This document shows positions 1 to 12,650 of a stretch of 64,000 nucleotides of DNA, in pieces (position 1 is the first letter of the stretch; each line of letters begins with the position of its first letter). The stretch covers positions 3,473,225-3,537,224 of the forward strand of contig MU055269.1 of assembly GCA_013239625.1 (NCBI GenBank). Direction: 5' to 3'. The DNA is from Lama guanicoe (taxonomy: Eukaryota). Both the position numbers and the translations under genes were made by a program. The notes below the pieces were generated by a model. It saw only the letters and a program-made list of their open reading frames with translations. It did no database searches and was not told the DNA's origin.

Positions 1-168
1 GAATTCATTGTTACATTAAAGGAATTCATTGTCGTATTAAAGGAATCGGTTGTACGTGGCGTCCAGGGAAGGCGGTGCCTCCGTGGGGCCCTGTGGTCAG
101 GGCGCAGGAGAGAGCCCCTGGCCACGGCCCTCCGCCGCCTCTCACACTGTCCCGGGTTCTCTCTGCAG

Positions 169-305
169 ACGTGGCCTTCATCACAACCGTGACCTTCGTG
201 TGGAAAGTGTCGGCGATCACGGTCGTCAGCTGTCTTCCGCTCTACACCCTCAAGTTCCTGCGGCGGAAGCTGTCCCCTCCCAGCTACTCCAAGCTCACCT
301 CCTAG
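169..305 (+). CDS. ATP9B: Final coding exon of P4-type ATPase (phospholipid flippase) ATP9B
   Basis: Acceptor ttctctctgcag ends at 168. The exon reads (D)[44 protein letters not shown] with TAG at 303-305, the characteristic ATP9A/B C-terminus (SPPSYSKL). ATP9B lies directly upstream of NFATC1 in mammals. Confidence 0.93.
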
Positions 306-540
306 GGCCGCGCTGCCCGCCCGGCTCAGTGGACGCTCGGGGTGCAGGGCCACTGAGTGGGTCGGGAGGGCGGCCTGGAGGAGCGGGCACCTGGACGACA
401 TGCCTTATCTGCTGGGCGCAGGTTTCCCTTCCTTCCTTCCTTCTTGTTTTCCAGAATTTAATTTCCAAATCGAAAATGAGCCCTCATTATTTCACCTTTA
501 CTGTAAAGCACTGATCTGACTCTGGTGTCCGGAGGAGTGA

Positions 541-546
541 ATTAAA
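541..546 (+). terminator. Probable ATP9B polyadenylation signal (ATTAAA)
   Basis: ATTAAA about 235 nt after the stop codon, preceded by an AT-rich UTR and followed by T-rich sequence (gttctttctttgatgt). Confidence 0.6.
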
Positions 547-689
547 GTTTGCTTAACACTCCGCAGTTCCCCGGGGTTCACGTTCTTTCTTTGATGTCAT
601 AACAGGGGAAGCCGTCCTGCGCAACTGGCATGAAACTCGAGGCTGTGAAGGCGGGTGTGCTGCTCCCGATGGGCGCTCTGTGCGCACAG

Positions 690-1110
690 GGCCTCGGGCG
701 GAGCCCAACACCTGTCCCCTTGGTGTTTGTCAAGTCGCCGAAGCCCCGGCCAGGTCCCGCCTGGACGCCGCCGCCCGGCGCCGCGCTGGCCTGCGGGCGA
801 AGCGCCTGGTCCTCCAGGCTGACCCGGCCTCCCCGGGCGGCGGCGTCCTTTGTTACATGGGCTCCCGGCCGGGGGCGGCGCTGCGACCTGGCCTGACCAG
901 CGAGGGTCTCCGCCCCAGGGCGGCTCCGGGATCCGGCCCTGCTCCCCTTCCCGCGCCGGCCCGCGCCCGCGACCGCCCCCGGCGGCTCCGGGCACCCTCC
1001 CGCGGCCGGTCCCCCGCTCCCCACAAGGCGGCGCTGTTCCCGCTCCTCGGAGCCGCCGGGTTTCTCCGCCTCCTGTGATGGCAGCCCCGCGGGTCGCTCG
1101 CTGGTCACTG
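690..1110. other. CpG island just downstream of the ATP9B 3' end
   Basis: Very high GC and dense CpG (e.g. gccgcccggcgccgcgctggcc), judged by eye. Confidence 0.6.
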
Positions 1111-3339
1111 GTCAGCCTGGACCTGGATTCACCGGAGCTGCTGATGCTCCGGCCCCGGGAGGGCAGCTGGAGGGACGTGAGGGCAGAGAGGTGACAGGTG
1201 AGGCCAGAAAGGCAGCAGGTGAAGGGGGCCCACGGGCTGTGCGCCCGAGTGCCCTGAGAGGAGGGAGAGCTAGCGCAGCGGGGCCTCCGCGGGAAGAAGG
1301 GCCCTCACGGAGGGTCTGGCTTCGTGGACGGCCGGTGGGCGGCGCTCACCTGCGGGGCTGGACTGGTGGTCAGGACACGCGTGGAGGCCCCTGGACGGGG
1401 TGTCTGGGGTCGGCAGGCCGGTGGGTTGGGCGCAGGTTCTCAGGAGCGGGAAGGGGTGCGAGCATTTGCGGGAGAGGTGAGTGCCCTTCGGCGGATGTCA
1501 CGTGAAGCCAGTCGCTGGCGGGCGGCGCGTTCCTGGGAGAGGGCGGTGGGTGGGCGGGTGGACATGCGAGTGGGTAGTGGGTGGGAGGCTCTTCTGTTCC
1601 CCTCCGCAGGTAGTCCCCTCTGTCCAGACCAGGGGCGCGTCCACACTCCTGGGCAGGGCCTGCTGCCCCCTACCCCGGGCCCCAGGCCCACAGCTCTGCC
1701 CCCTCATACCACGTCCCACCAGGGCTGGACCCCGAACGGGCGCGGAGCCCTCTGCCTCCCCCAGGCTCCGAATGTGCAAAATCCGCGAGGGGCCACCCTG
1801 GGCCCTGGGACGTGGCCACCTCCCTCAACCCCAGGGTGTGTCCACCCAGATGCGGCCACAGCCTACAGCAGTGACTGGCGGGTCACCTCTGCGCCCGGGG
1901 CTCTCGGGCCTCCCGCCCAGGATTGGTGGTTTTCTCCGTGGAAGGACATAGGTGGTACTGACCCCAGGGACGCGACCTCGGTCCGGCCTGCTCGGCCTGG
2001 CGGGGCTGGACCTCAGGGATCAGTGTCACGTGGGCCCCCAGTTTTCCAAGAGGCGCAAGACCTTCCAGAAGGTCTCACGACCCAAGATGACCCACCTGCA
2101 TGGCCTCGGTGTCCAGGCCCAGGAGCTCAGACCTATCCCCGTGCCCCCGAGTCCTTGTCCCCATCCCAGGACACCACCAGCCGCCTGACACCTCACAGAA
2201 CACTTGGCAGACAGTGGAGGAGGGAGGCTCCGGGAAGTTAAAGTAACTTCCCCAGATTTTCCCCACCTGGCCCATGGCTACATCCCCACCCCGTGGCTGG
2301 ACATGGACATGAGAGACGTGGGCGTGGGGGACGGGGGCACTGGAACACGGGTGACACAGCTGGTGGGGGGACGGGTCACCCTGGTGATGTCAGGCACCGG
2401 GTCAGGCTTTGTTTCCCCAGAGCCACCTCCTCTCCAAGGGGGCCACATACCCGCTCCCTGGCTTGGGGGCTGGCTGGGGAGACCATGGACAGCAGGGCAG
2501 GCCTGGCCTGTCCTCGACCGCAGGACCTCAGGCTCCGGCGGGAAGGGTCCTTCACCGACTCCACCCGGTTCCCCGGCTGGGACCCCACAGTCAAGGCCTG
2601 CAGCCACCAAGCCCCTCCACTCACCTCAACTCTGCCTGGGAAATGACCCTGTCCCCTAAACAGGCCGGACCTTGGGGTGCCGGGGAGGCCCCCCCAACCC
2701 GCCCCGCAGGTCCACACTTGTAGGGGAGACCTTCCTGCCTGTTCTGTTCTGAGTCTCATCTCGGGATAATTTCAGACCCAGGGAAGTTGGCCGTCACAAA
2801 GGAAGGACTGTGCCAGGCTCCCCAGCTTCTCATTAAGTCCTTATCCATTCCTCCCAGTGTGCCAGTCCCTCTGGGCCGGAAGGTCCCTGTGTCCCTGTGT
2901 CCTGACCGTGGGAAGCGCAGGTCGGGGTGTGTGTGCTGCCCCTCAGGTGCTGGCGCTTCCAGGCAAGACTGCGAGGGCCCAGGCCCCGCTGGGCAGCTGG
3001 CAACGATTTGTGTCCTTAGAAAGCAGGTCTGGCAGCTGCTCTCCTAAGACCCAGAATCTCCGGGCACCTTGGGCCCAGCGGGCACGTGAGTCCCTGACAG
3101 GGCGGCTCTGGGTAAGCAGGAAGCCAGAGGCCACTGGGAGCGGGTGTAATTTCAGGAGCTTCCAGAAGGCGGCGCTGGAAGCTAAGAAACGCGCCCGCAG
3201 CTGCGGCGGGACCAGGCTAACAGCGCGGCCCTTAGAAGCTGGCTGTCTCCCTGGGCGGGAACAGCCAAGTCCCAGAGAGTGTGACTCCCTGAGGGACCTG
3301 GGGGTTCTCGCCTTCGCCCGGAGGCGTTTGTACGCACGC

Positions 3340-3605
3340 GGCGTCTGCTCTGTCTGACTCGGCAGAAAGACAGATTCCCTCTCAGCCCCAGAGCCAGGAG
3401 TCAGAGACGACAGTGTCCGGGCCCCAGGGGAGGGGTGCTGGGGGCTCCCTGCGCGTCTGTGTCCAAATTCCCAGGTTCCATGAGGACAACGGGCACTGGC
3501 CACCCTCCAGGACGGCCTCATCTTAACTAATCCCATCTGCAGAGACTGTTTCCGAATCCCGAGATTCTGGGTGGATGTGAACGGGGGCTGGACACAGTGG
3601 GTGAC
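3340..3605. mobile_element. Degraded MaLR LTR (MLT1-type)
   Basis: gaggacaac...ggccaccctccaggacggcctcatcttaactaatcccatctgcagagactgtttcc resembles the MLT1 LTR motif GACCTCATCTTAACTAATTACATCTGCAA.GACCCTATTTCC. Boundaries are approximate. Confidence 0.7.
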
Positions 3606-4434
3606 GGCCGGACATCTTGCCCTGAAGGTAGAGAGACACTGTCAATCAAGCACCAAGACAGCTTTATGGGCTGCAGGATGTGCTGGCCTCAGCCAGGGAC
3701 CCCGTCCCAGAGCCTCCAACTCGGGGCAGCCACACAGGCCTCCAGAGGAAAACGGGGTCCCAGTGACAAGGGAAAGATGGACAGGCGGTGGACACCCAGC
3801 TGGTGTGCTTGGTGGGAACCTGCAGCCTTTTCATCAATGACTTCCCCTGGGCTGGTGGGTGAGCCCCTCAGCTGCAGACCACAGCACCACCACGACCACC
3901 ACCCTCACTGCCCTGGGACCCCCGGGGCATCCCCACCCCCATCGGGGCCACCGAGGCCTGCTCCAGCCTACCCCGAGCTCCCTGCCCAGCCTGACCGACT
4001 AGATCTGGAGGACACCTCTGTGAGGACCGAATGTGAGGGCCCAGTGATGTGGGTCATTAAGCAGAAATGATGAGACGGACAGAGGGACAGAGGAACAGGG
4101 AGACAGAGGGCCTGACCCTCTTGCCCAGGACGAGGCAGCTAGCTGCTGCTCCCTAGTGACTCCCTGTGCTGCTCCCTGAGCCTCCGAAGACGCAGCACTG
4201 ACCTTTGCCCTCGGGCCCCAGGAGGGCCTGTTCTCTTGGCCGGGCTGCGGGCACTGTGACTCCTCTGGAGTGGCACCTGGGACTTGAGCCGACCCCACCC
4301 AGGGCAGCGGCCTTGGGCCCCTGAGGCCGCTCCCCCTGCATCGGGCCCACGAGGTCACAAAGGTCTTGCCCAGGGCACGGAGCCTCCGGCAGAGTTCGTG
4401 AGACCCTCCCCAGAGCAACGGATGTCACCCCCAC

Positions 4435-4957
4435 CAGGGAGCACGAGTGGTTGCTCTCGGAGTTGCACAGAACCCCGGGTGGCCCCGGAAGCCCGGCTGC
4501 GGACGCATCGCCGAGAGCTCTGCACCCTGCTCGGTGCAGCCGAAAGGAGGACACCACCCCAACGCCCACCCCGGGCGAGCCGCTGAGGAAGGTGCGGGGC
4601 ACGCACGCAATGGAGCACGATTTGCCTTGAAGGGGAAGGAAGGGCTGCCCGGCCCCCGCCCTGGGTGAGCCTGGAGGACACTGTGCTCTGTGAGACCCGC
4701 CGTCCCAGGGGGCAAGCCCTGCCGGACGCCGCCCCACGAGGGGCAGCGCACCGTCAGAGAGTGACGGGCAGGGGCGGGGCTGGGGGTTAGTGTTTATTAG
4801 GAACAGAGTCTCGGTTTGGGAAGAAGAGAAGGTCCTGGAGACAGATGGTGGTGATGGTTGCACTATGTGGATGAGCTGGATCCAGTGAGCTGTCACTTAA
4901 AGACGTTGAGATGGTGAATTTCTGTTCTGCATGTTGATCACAATTTTCAAAAAAAAA
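4435..4957 (+). mobile_element. L1MB-type LINE-1 3' end with A-tail, heavily GC-shifted
   Basis: 4780-4957 (gtgtttattaggaacagagtctcggtttgggaagaagagaaggtcctggagacagatggtggtgatggttgcac...cacttaaagacgttgagatggtgaattt...cacaattttcaaaaaaaaa) matches the L1MB 3' terminus. The upstream part remains colinear with the L1M 3' UTR (caatggagcacgatttgccttgaaggggaaggaa; gggtgagcctggaggacactgtgctctgtgaga). Confidence 0.8.
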
Positions 4958-6604
4958 TTACGGTAAAGGCTCTCCTACTGCCTGGGCACCAGGGCCCAGT
5001 GGGGGAGCCTGGTGGGCTGTGCTGGGGTGTCGGCCCCTTGGCTCCGGGAGCCCACCTGCCCCGGCCCAGTGGTAGCCCCAGGCTCTCGGGTGTGGGTTTG
5101 AAACAACATCACCGCTGAGGATTCACATGCACTTACACTTTGGCGAGATGCCACTTCCTGTTTCCAAGAAGGAAAAAGGCTGAGCGGGCTTGTAAAGCGC
5201 TGCCTTCTGCTTGGACATCAAAGGGTCCGACACAGCCTCTCGATGAGTTAAGTGTGAATGAATCAGGGGCACATGGATTAAATTTCCCTTGAAATTCACT
5301 CCGGCTTAAAAATTAATGGAAAAAGTGCCTGGCAAAACTTGCTTATGGCTTTATTGAACCAAAAACACTTTAAAAATAGTTTGGGAAACGCAGCCGACCC
5401 GAGCCCTGGGTGGATTCCATCCCGATGCTGGGTCGGAGCCCGGGCCGGGCAGGGGGTGCCTGTGCGGTCCCCCGCAGGAAACCACACCGTGTGTGAGGGA
5501 AAAGTCATTTACCACAGACAGACAGACAACAGGCGCAAGGACAGCTGCCGCGTCAGGGCTGGGGGTGAGAACGCCTCGGATTTCTGCTTAATTAAGTGGA
5601 TTTAAGAGAACAGTCTCCATGTTACCATCAGAAACCATTGTTATTACTACTGTTAACTTCGCAAAAGGAAAGCATTGTGAGTTCACAGGTGCAAACTCCA
5701 CATCTTGCCAGAAACAAAAGGTGGAAGCGATTGTCCACCGGCCAGGTTGGCGGCCAGAGCAGCTGCTGTAGCGTCAGGAAAGGGCCTGAGCCCAGCTTTG
5801 CCCCGGGTGCCGAGCGGACGACACCTGGCCCTGCGCGGCCACACGGGGCGGCTGGGCGCGCGTCTCTCCTGCAGACCCCCGACCACCCAGGGCTGAAGGA
5901 GGCTGACGGGGGCCCCAGGGCAGGGGCTCCTGCAGGACCCCGGAGGATCAGGTGCAGGTGAGGACCTTGCTGGGCGCCGGGCTCGCCTGGGCCCCCACAG
6001 CCTCCTGACCGGACAGGCCGTGTTCACCTGCCGTCCTCGTCTCCTGGCACAGCTGCCGTGTGGTCGGGGACTCCCACAGCGGCCACAGAATCCCACCTTA
6101 AACCGGCTCCCCGGAAAGGGGCACTGTCTCCCCACCCACGTGAGGGGCTCTGGGCGGGCATTCAGGTGCCTCTGCGTCCTGGTAACCAAACAGTTCATGG
6201 ACCTGCCTCTGGATTCACTTTCCTCCTCAGCCCCAGTGGGTGTAGCTTCCCTTGGTGGGGGCCTTATCTCCCACGACCCCCGAAGCTTCAGAGAACACCA
6301 GACCTGGGCCCCAGGGGGGCGGCCTGTGACCCACATGGAGGAGTCCCTGGGCCATGTCATCTGATGGTGGTGCCTTGTTGGAGAAGAGGGGCCTGGGGTG
6401 GCACCATGGGGGCTGCCTGGAGGTGGACATCTTGGGGGGTCAGAGGTGCCCCCCAGGCTGTTGGCTGGGCTCCACAGCAGGTCCTTTGTGGGGAGAGCTC
6501 AGGGGGCACTTCCTGGGCCACAGGCACTGGGGGAAGGGGACAGTGTTGTGTGATGCGGCCGGGAGTCCTGGAAGGAAGGAAGGAAGGAAATGTCCCCTGG
6601 CATT

Positions 6605-6948
6605 TGTGTGGGCCACCGGGGCCACCACACAAAGTACCACACCCTGGGGGCCTTAAGCCAAGAGAAACGTATGGACGTGTCCCCTCGCAATCCCAGAAGC
6701 TCAGAATCGAGGTACCACAGGGCTGTGCTCCCTCTAAAAGCTGGAGGAGAGGGTCCTTCCTGCCTCTCCCGCCTTCTAGTGGCCCGTCTCTGTCCCCGTC
6801 ACCTCCTCTTCCTACGAGGACAGTGGCCACCCTAGTGACCTCCTGTTCACGAACCCCACCTGCAAAGACTCCGTTTCCACATGAGGTCACTCACAGGTGG
6901 CAGGTTACTCCAACACCTCTTTTGGGCAGACACAATTCACCCCATGAC
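6605..6948. mobile_element. MaLR LTR (MLT1C/D-like)
   Basis: acaaagtaccacaccctgggggccttaa...agggctgtgctccctctaaaagct...ggtccttcctgcctctc...cacctgcaaagactccgtttccacatgaggtcac...gacacaattcaccccatgaca reproduces a full MLT1 LTR motif series. Confidence 0.8.
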
Positions 6949-7169
6949 AGGACTGCTCTGAAATAATCGGGACATCTGTTGAGCAATTAGTAGGGGGTAG
7001 TCACTGAGGTGAGTGGGCGTCACCTCACTGACCCCTCACAGCCAGCCTTAGAGGAGGGCCCTTCACGGTGGGCTCCCAGGGTGCAGGGCGGGGCGGGAAT
7101 TCACACTCAGGCTGTTGAGATCCTCCCCGGCGTGGGACCACGAGGAACTCAGCTGACCTGATTCACAGT

Positions 7170-10100
7170 GAAACCTGAGGATAACTGAAAACAGCCATTG
7201 GAAGCCCCTGGAAGGGGTCCTAGGACAACATCAAATGAAACGTCCATTCAAGAAAATCTATGAAAATGTGTTAGAAATAGACAGTCTGGTATTTGAACCA
7301 AAACTCCCCCTGCCCCAGGCCTTCCCCAGCCCCCCACTCAGCGGGGAGGGGGCTCCACCCCAGAGGCTGCAGCCACGAACTAGGGGCTCCCTGCCCCCAG
7401 TGGGCTGAGTCCCAGGGGGCGCAGTTGAGAAAAGGGGCACCTTCTCCGCCCAGCCCCACCTCACGCAGGGGAGTGGAGGCACCTTGAGAACACTGGGAGC
7501 CCCGTCACCCTTGCCCGGGCTTCAGAGGGTGGTCCCGTGCCAGGAGTGGCAGCAGAGAGGACCTCAGACTGCTGCCCCGCCCCTGCAGAGCCTCAGCTGA
7601 GAATGGGGGTCACCAAGGACGGGCTTGCCACTGCCCCACCCCCAGGTCCACAGTCCTGGCACAGAGGTGTCGCCTGGGGGGCGGGGCGGGGGGAGCAGAC
7701 TGTAAAACAGATGCCCCCATCAATTCCCAGAGGAACTGACTTCATTTGCAACAGAAAGTGGAGAAGTTCAAACCCAAGGGTATCTCAAGAGCAGCGGAGG
7801 TTGCACTGAAGGAAAGGGAGGGGATGCAGGGACTGAGTGAAGAAGACACGGCCTGGGCTGTGGGCTGGCCAGCGCGCAGGGGAGGACTGACGCAGGTCAG
7901 CCAGAGGAGCCGTCCTGGGGTCAGAACGCACATCAGCACTGACCTCAGAAATGACGGTTCCACCCAAAGTCAGGTAAAGAAAGACCGGCCAGCACCACTG
8001 CCCCCTCCCGCGAGGAGCCTGAGCACCAAGCTGTGTCCCCTGAGGAACAGGAGCAGAGGCTGAACACTCGGAAGGGGAGTAGATGGCACTAAAATAATCC
8101 AGCCCCTTACTGAACAAATAAATAAGCAAATATTAACAAGAAGCCCCAGGTGGGGAGGGTACCAGGACCCACATTTGCTACAACACATCATCTAAAATGT
8201 CCGGTCTCCAACAAAAAATTACAAGGCATGCCAAGAAGCAGGAGAGCATGATCCAAACAGAAAAAAAAAAATCAGGCAATAGAAGCTGCCTGTGCAAATG
8301 AACAGATGCTGGCTTTAACAGAAAAAGGCTGCAACAAGTGTGCTCACAGAACTAAAGGAAAGCTTGACTGGAGAAGCAATGGGATGTGCGACAACAGCAT
8401 CCCATCAACTGAGACCGTCAGTGAAGAGACGGAAACCATAAAAGAGAACCAAATGGAAACTCTGGAGTCAAAGGTACAACAACTGATGGAAAAGACTCAC
8501 CAGAGGGTCTTCAGACTCACCTGAACAGCAGGTCTGACCTGGCGGAAGAAAGAGCTAGTGGGCTTGAAGACAGATCGGCGGAGATGGTGGAAGCTGAGGA
8601 CAGAGAAAACAGATGAGGACCCGGGGGACAGCGTCCAGCCCAGGGCGCCAGCCCACGGATGGGGACCGCCAGAGGGAAGCGGGAGCGAGGAAGGAAAAGG
8701 AAAAGTATCCAGAGATATAACGGCCAGAAACGTCACAAATTTACGGAAAAACCATCACCTACCTTCCCAGGAAGCTTGATTGATGATAAATGCGGAAAGA
8801 CCCGCCAACTGACACGTCACAGTGAAAACACTGAAAACAAAGACAAGGGGAAAATCTTGAAAGTAACTGAGAGGAAGCTGATGTGTTGCTCACAGGGGAC
8901 CCCACTGTGACGGACCCCCTAAGGCAGAGGCAGTGCAGGCCAGGAGGCAGCAGGAGATATACCCAAAGTGCTCAAAGGAAAAAAAACTGTCAACCAGGAA
9001 TCCTATACTCAGCAAAGCTATCTTTCAAAAGAAAGAAAGAAGGAAAGAAAATGGTGAAATGCCGATTTTCCAAGATAAACAAAAACTGAGAATTTGCTGC
9101 TGGTAGGCCCACCTTAAAAAGATAAAGGAATTCTTCAGGCTGAAAGCAAGTGGCCCTGGACAGAAACTGAATCCACATGAAGAAACAGAGTGCTGGTAAA
9201 GGTGACTATGTCATTTTATAAGGCAATACAAATGTACCTTTTCTTCTTTCTTCTCATAACTGATTTAAAAGGCAATTGTATAAAATAATATAGATCTAAT
9301 GCACTGTAGGGCCTGTAATTAGTGGAAATGAAATATACGTGCAATATTTGTGCCAATAACAGTATAAAGGAAGTGGGTGGAGCAGAGCTGGACGGGACTG
9401 AGGAAATGACTCCAGGTGGCAAAGGGGTCATGACTCCAGTGTGCCGCTGGGCTTGTAGTGTTACTAACTGTCGTTTCTCTAACATAAGACCGCTCGAAGG
9501 GGAAAGGGGATAAACCCACGTGGGACCGATGTTCATACGTATCACTGGAATTAAGCCAGTGTAAATCTGAAGCTGATTCTGATGTTAAAACGTATGTGAT
9601 AAACCCTGGGACAACTACTAAGGAAATAGCAACAACAACAACGAAAAGTAAAAAGTCATTAAAGGGTTCATAACGCTGCTTTAGGAAATACTCACTCAGC
9701 ATGAAAGAAAGCAATAAAGGAGGAACAGAGGAATAAAACAGACATGGGAAAACAGAAAACAAACAGTGACATGGGAGCAACAGAGCCAACCATGTCAACA
9801 ATGACACTGCGTGTGGACGCACTTACCAAGCTGACCAAAAGGCAGGGACTGTCAGCCTGGACAGAGAGCAGGCTACAGGAAGCACACTTGAGATTCAAAG
9901 TACAAACGGACTACAAGGGTGGAAAACATTATGCAAAGAACAAGTACTGGGAGCTGGAATTGCTGCGCTAATGTCAGACAAAACAGATTTTAACACAGAA
10001 CGTGCTATCAAAGATGAAGAGGGATATCTAATCATGATAACAGAGTCAGTCCTCCCGGAGGACACAGCAGTCACAAACATACGTGCGCCCCACAACAGAG

Positions 10101-10372
10101 CCCCAAGTACACGAAGCACAAGCTGATGGAAGGAAGGGAAAAACAGACGGCTCCACAGCCGTAGAGGGAGCCGCCAGCACTGCACTTTGAATAATGGATG
10201 TACCAACCAGACAGGAGACCAACAAGAAACCAGAAGACTGGAGCCCCAGCCAGGCCTCCTGGACATCCATGGGGCACGCCGCCCAACAGCAGCCGAACAG
10301 ACCTTCTTCTCAAGGTCACATGGAACGTTCTCCAGAGAGAATATCCTAGGCTGTGTTCCAGGCTATAAAGCA
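7170..10372 (+). mobile_element. Ancient L1M (L1MC/L1MD-like) 5' portion: 5' UTR, ORF1 remnant, inter-ORF region and ORF2 endonuclease remnant
   Basis: ORF1 C-terminal motif KKNCQPGILYSAKLSFK near 8980-9030 is followed by DKQKLR. ORF2 endonuclease-like remnants include TMTLRVDALTKLTKRQGLSAW..LQEAHLRFK (about 9800-9900), AGIAALMSDKTDF..KDEEGYLIMI..TNIRAPHNRAP (about 9950-10105) and DIHGARRPTAAEQTFFSRSHGTFSRENILG (about 10260-10350). All frames are broken, and the 5' boundary is approximate. Confidence 0.85.
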
Positions 10373-10600
10373 AATGCGAGCTGTCCAAGGCCACCACACG
10401 AGCAGGCAGTGGGAAGGGGCTGTGGCGGTGGGCAACGACCTCTCAGAGGGGTAAGGAGGACCCAGGCAGAGGGGGGACCGACTCAGGTGGGTAGCAGTAA
10501 CGGGTGGGTGGTGCTCCGGGGGAGGGGAAGGACGTCCGTTGCCATGCTGAGTATTGGGCCTGGATCCTGACGCCCTGGCCATGTGCTTAGGGGAGGGAAG

Positions 10601-10630
10601 TTGGTTGGTTGGTTGATTGATTGATTGATT
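10601..10630. repeat. (TTGG)n(TTGA)n compound tetranucleotide microsatellite
   Basis: ttggttggttggttgattgattgattgatt. Confidence 0.85.
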
Positions 10631-11799
10631 AACAATTACAGTTCTAGACCTGGTGGTGGAGCTTGGAATGGGTGGTCAGGTGAGTTTAGGCAGGAAGAGA
10701 AGGCCTCTGCAATGTTCCAGGTAAGAGGGAGTGGGTGACAGAGCTTTCACAGATAAAAGCCAAACGGCTAAATGCGTGGACCACTAAGGACACGCCAGAC
10801 TGAAAAGGAAAGCCTGAAGGTGCCGGCACAGGTGTACAGCTCCTCCCTCAACTCCAGCCACAGCCAGGAGATTTACTTGCACTGACTTTTTATAAAACCT
10901 CAGCTAAGTTTACTTCAAAGTAAATAACTTCTCCCCAAGTCTGATTTCTTAATGCCAATGTCCACACTCTGGCTAAATGCCAGTGTCCCCAGGCCTACCC
11001 CAGCACCTCTGTTCAGCCTGTGTGCTTCCTGCCCGCCGGTCACGAGGCGCCGCAGGAAGGACGCACACCTGTGCTTCAGTGGAGTCCGATGTGCAAAGTG
11101 CTTGTCAGTGGGAAAGTGTAAGTCGGCCTCCGCGTGGCTTGGCTGTGGGTCCGGCAAGAACACAGCATTTACATTCACCCCGCAGATGTCTGAGGCATTT
11201 CCATGAGCAAGAAATGGCACCTGGGGCGCGGCTGAGTAACAGGAAGAAAGGGTGGGCTGGGGAGCCGCACCTGCTGAGGACAGCCTGTGGCCCGAGTCTG
11301 CAGAAGGCGCCACAGGAGATGACTGGAAGCCCCAGGCCAGGCGGGCCAAGCCGGTCGCCCGCAGAGCGCCTAGGCCCGGGGACAGAGCGCCCGCCTCAGG
11401 GCAGCTCCAGCCGGGGCGAGCTTCCCAGGTCCTGCTGACCCGGCCCGGCCCGCCCACGGCTCAGAGGACCGCGTCGCCATAGCAGTTGTGCTTAAACACG
11501 AGAACACAGCCACACGACTGCCGAGTCTGGAGAAAATAATTGGGCAGGGCGGATGGATTCAAGTGTGCTCCAGGGGAAAGGACCCGGCATCCAAAGGGAC
11601 TTTGAAAATGGTAAGCTGCTTTGGGTGTATTTGCCCCAATAATCCACAGAAACAACAGTAATCTAAAAATAGTCTTGTTTTCTGTCCTAAGCTCCTTTTA
11701 ACTTCGTTAGTCATCACCAATTCTTAAAATAAAATCCGTGTAACGTCTCTCCTAGTAGCAGCTATAAACACACCTCGAAAGGAGGCCGGAGGACCCAGA

Positions 11800-12650
11800 G
11801 AGAAGGAAGAGGAGCGCGGGGGGCTGCGGCCGCGGGGATGGAGGCCGCTGGCCCCGCGGTGGCCACAGGACCGGCCCGAGGCGGACCCGGGGGCGCGCTG
11901 GCCGCGGAGCTGCGCCGCCGCCTCCGGAACTCCCTGCGCCCTGGCGCGCGGCCACCGTGGTCCCGGCAACGGCATTAAACAGAGGGAAACAGACGGGGAT
12001 TCCGTCACCCGGGCGGGGGAATAAGGCGCGCATTGAGAGCAGACAGGAAAAGAGCTTTTCTGGATGGAGTGAAAATTATTTATTGGAGGAGGAGGAGGAA
12101 GAGGAGGAGGAGATGGAGGAGTAGCGGCGGCCAACAGCCCCCAGCTCGGCCCCTCCACAGCCAACGGGCGCCCCCGGCCGAGGGGGTCCCGCGGGCTCTG
12201 GGTCGGGGGGCGGCCCCGCGCGTGCGAAAGCGCGAGAGGGGGGACGGGAGGGTGTGGGGGTCAGTATTTATTGTAATACAACTTTCCAGACCTCCCTTAG
12301 CAACCCCCCTACGACTCGGCCGCCTCGTCTTGGCCGGTCCTGAGGTGGGAGGGGGGCGGGCAGTGGGGCGGGAACTCTCCACGCAAAATCCTGGCACCCG
12401 GGTCTGCGGACGCCAGGATCCCAGCAGAAAGATCTTTTCAAAGGGAGGGGCGAGGGAGGGGCGTGGGCGGCGCAGCCCTGGCGCCCCCTGGCGGCCTCCA
12501 GCGCTGGGTGCGCCCCCACCCCCGCAGTCGGGCATCCTCGCGGGGTCCCCGGCCCCCAGCCACAGTATCCACTCTGGGTTCCCACTCCTTGCGCCTTGGG
12601 CACGAGGCGCGTGCCAGGCCCCGCTCTTGGTGTGGGAGCAGATCTATAGG
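11800..12650. promoter_or_regulatory. CpG island upstream of NFATC1 P1, containing a (GGA)n tract (about 12085-12120) and a CTCF motif
   Basis: Dense CpG and GC boxes; ggaggaggaggaggaagaggaggaggagatggagga. Confidence 0.7.
12480..12497 (-). promoter_or_regulatory. Near-consensus CTCF core motif
   Basis: The minus strand reads AGGCCGCCAGGGGGCGCC versus the consensus TGGCCACCAGGGGGCGC. Confidence 0.65.

Noticed and set aside
1-46. 21-bp tandem duplication (gaattcattgttacattaaag / gaattcattgtcgtattaaag) suggesting a repeat array
   Set aside because: Only about two copies at the window edge in an ATP9B intron; an ordinary minisatellite fragment with no spacers, so not CRISPR-like.
1324-2241. 305-aa plus-strand ORF downstream of ATP9B
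   Set aside because: Non-ATG start, GC-driven composition, and no homology or splice logic that I can recognise.
2215-2260. Possible MIR core (gaggctccgggaagttaaagtaacttcccag)
   Set aside because: Too short to call confidently.
6058-6966. 302-aa plus-strand ORF
   Set aside because: Runs through an MLT1 LTR fossil and has no protein-like features.
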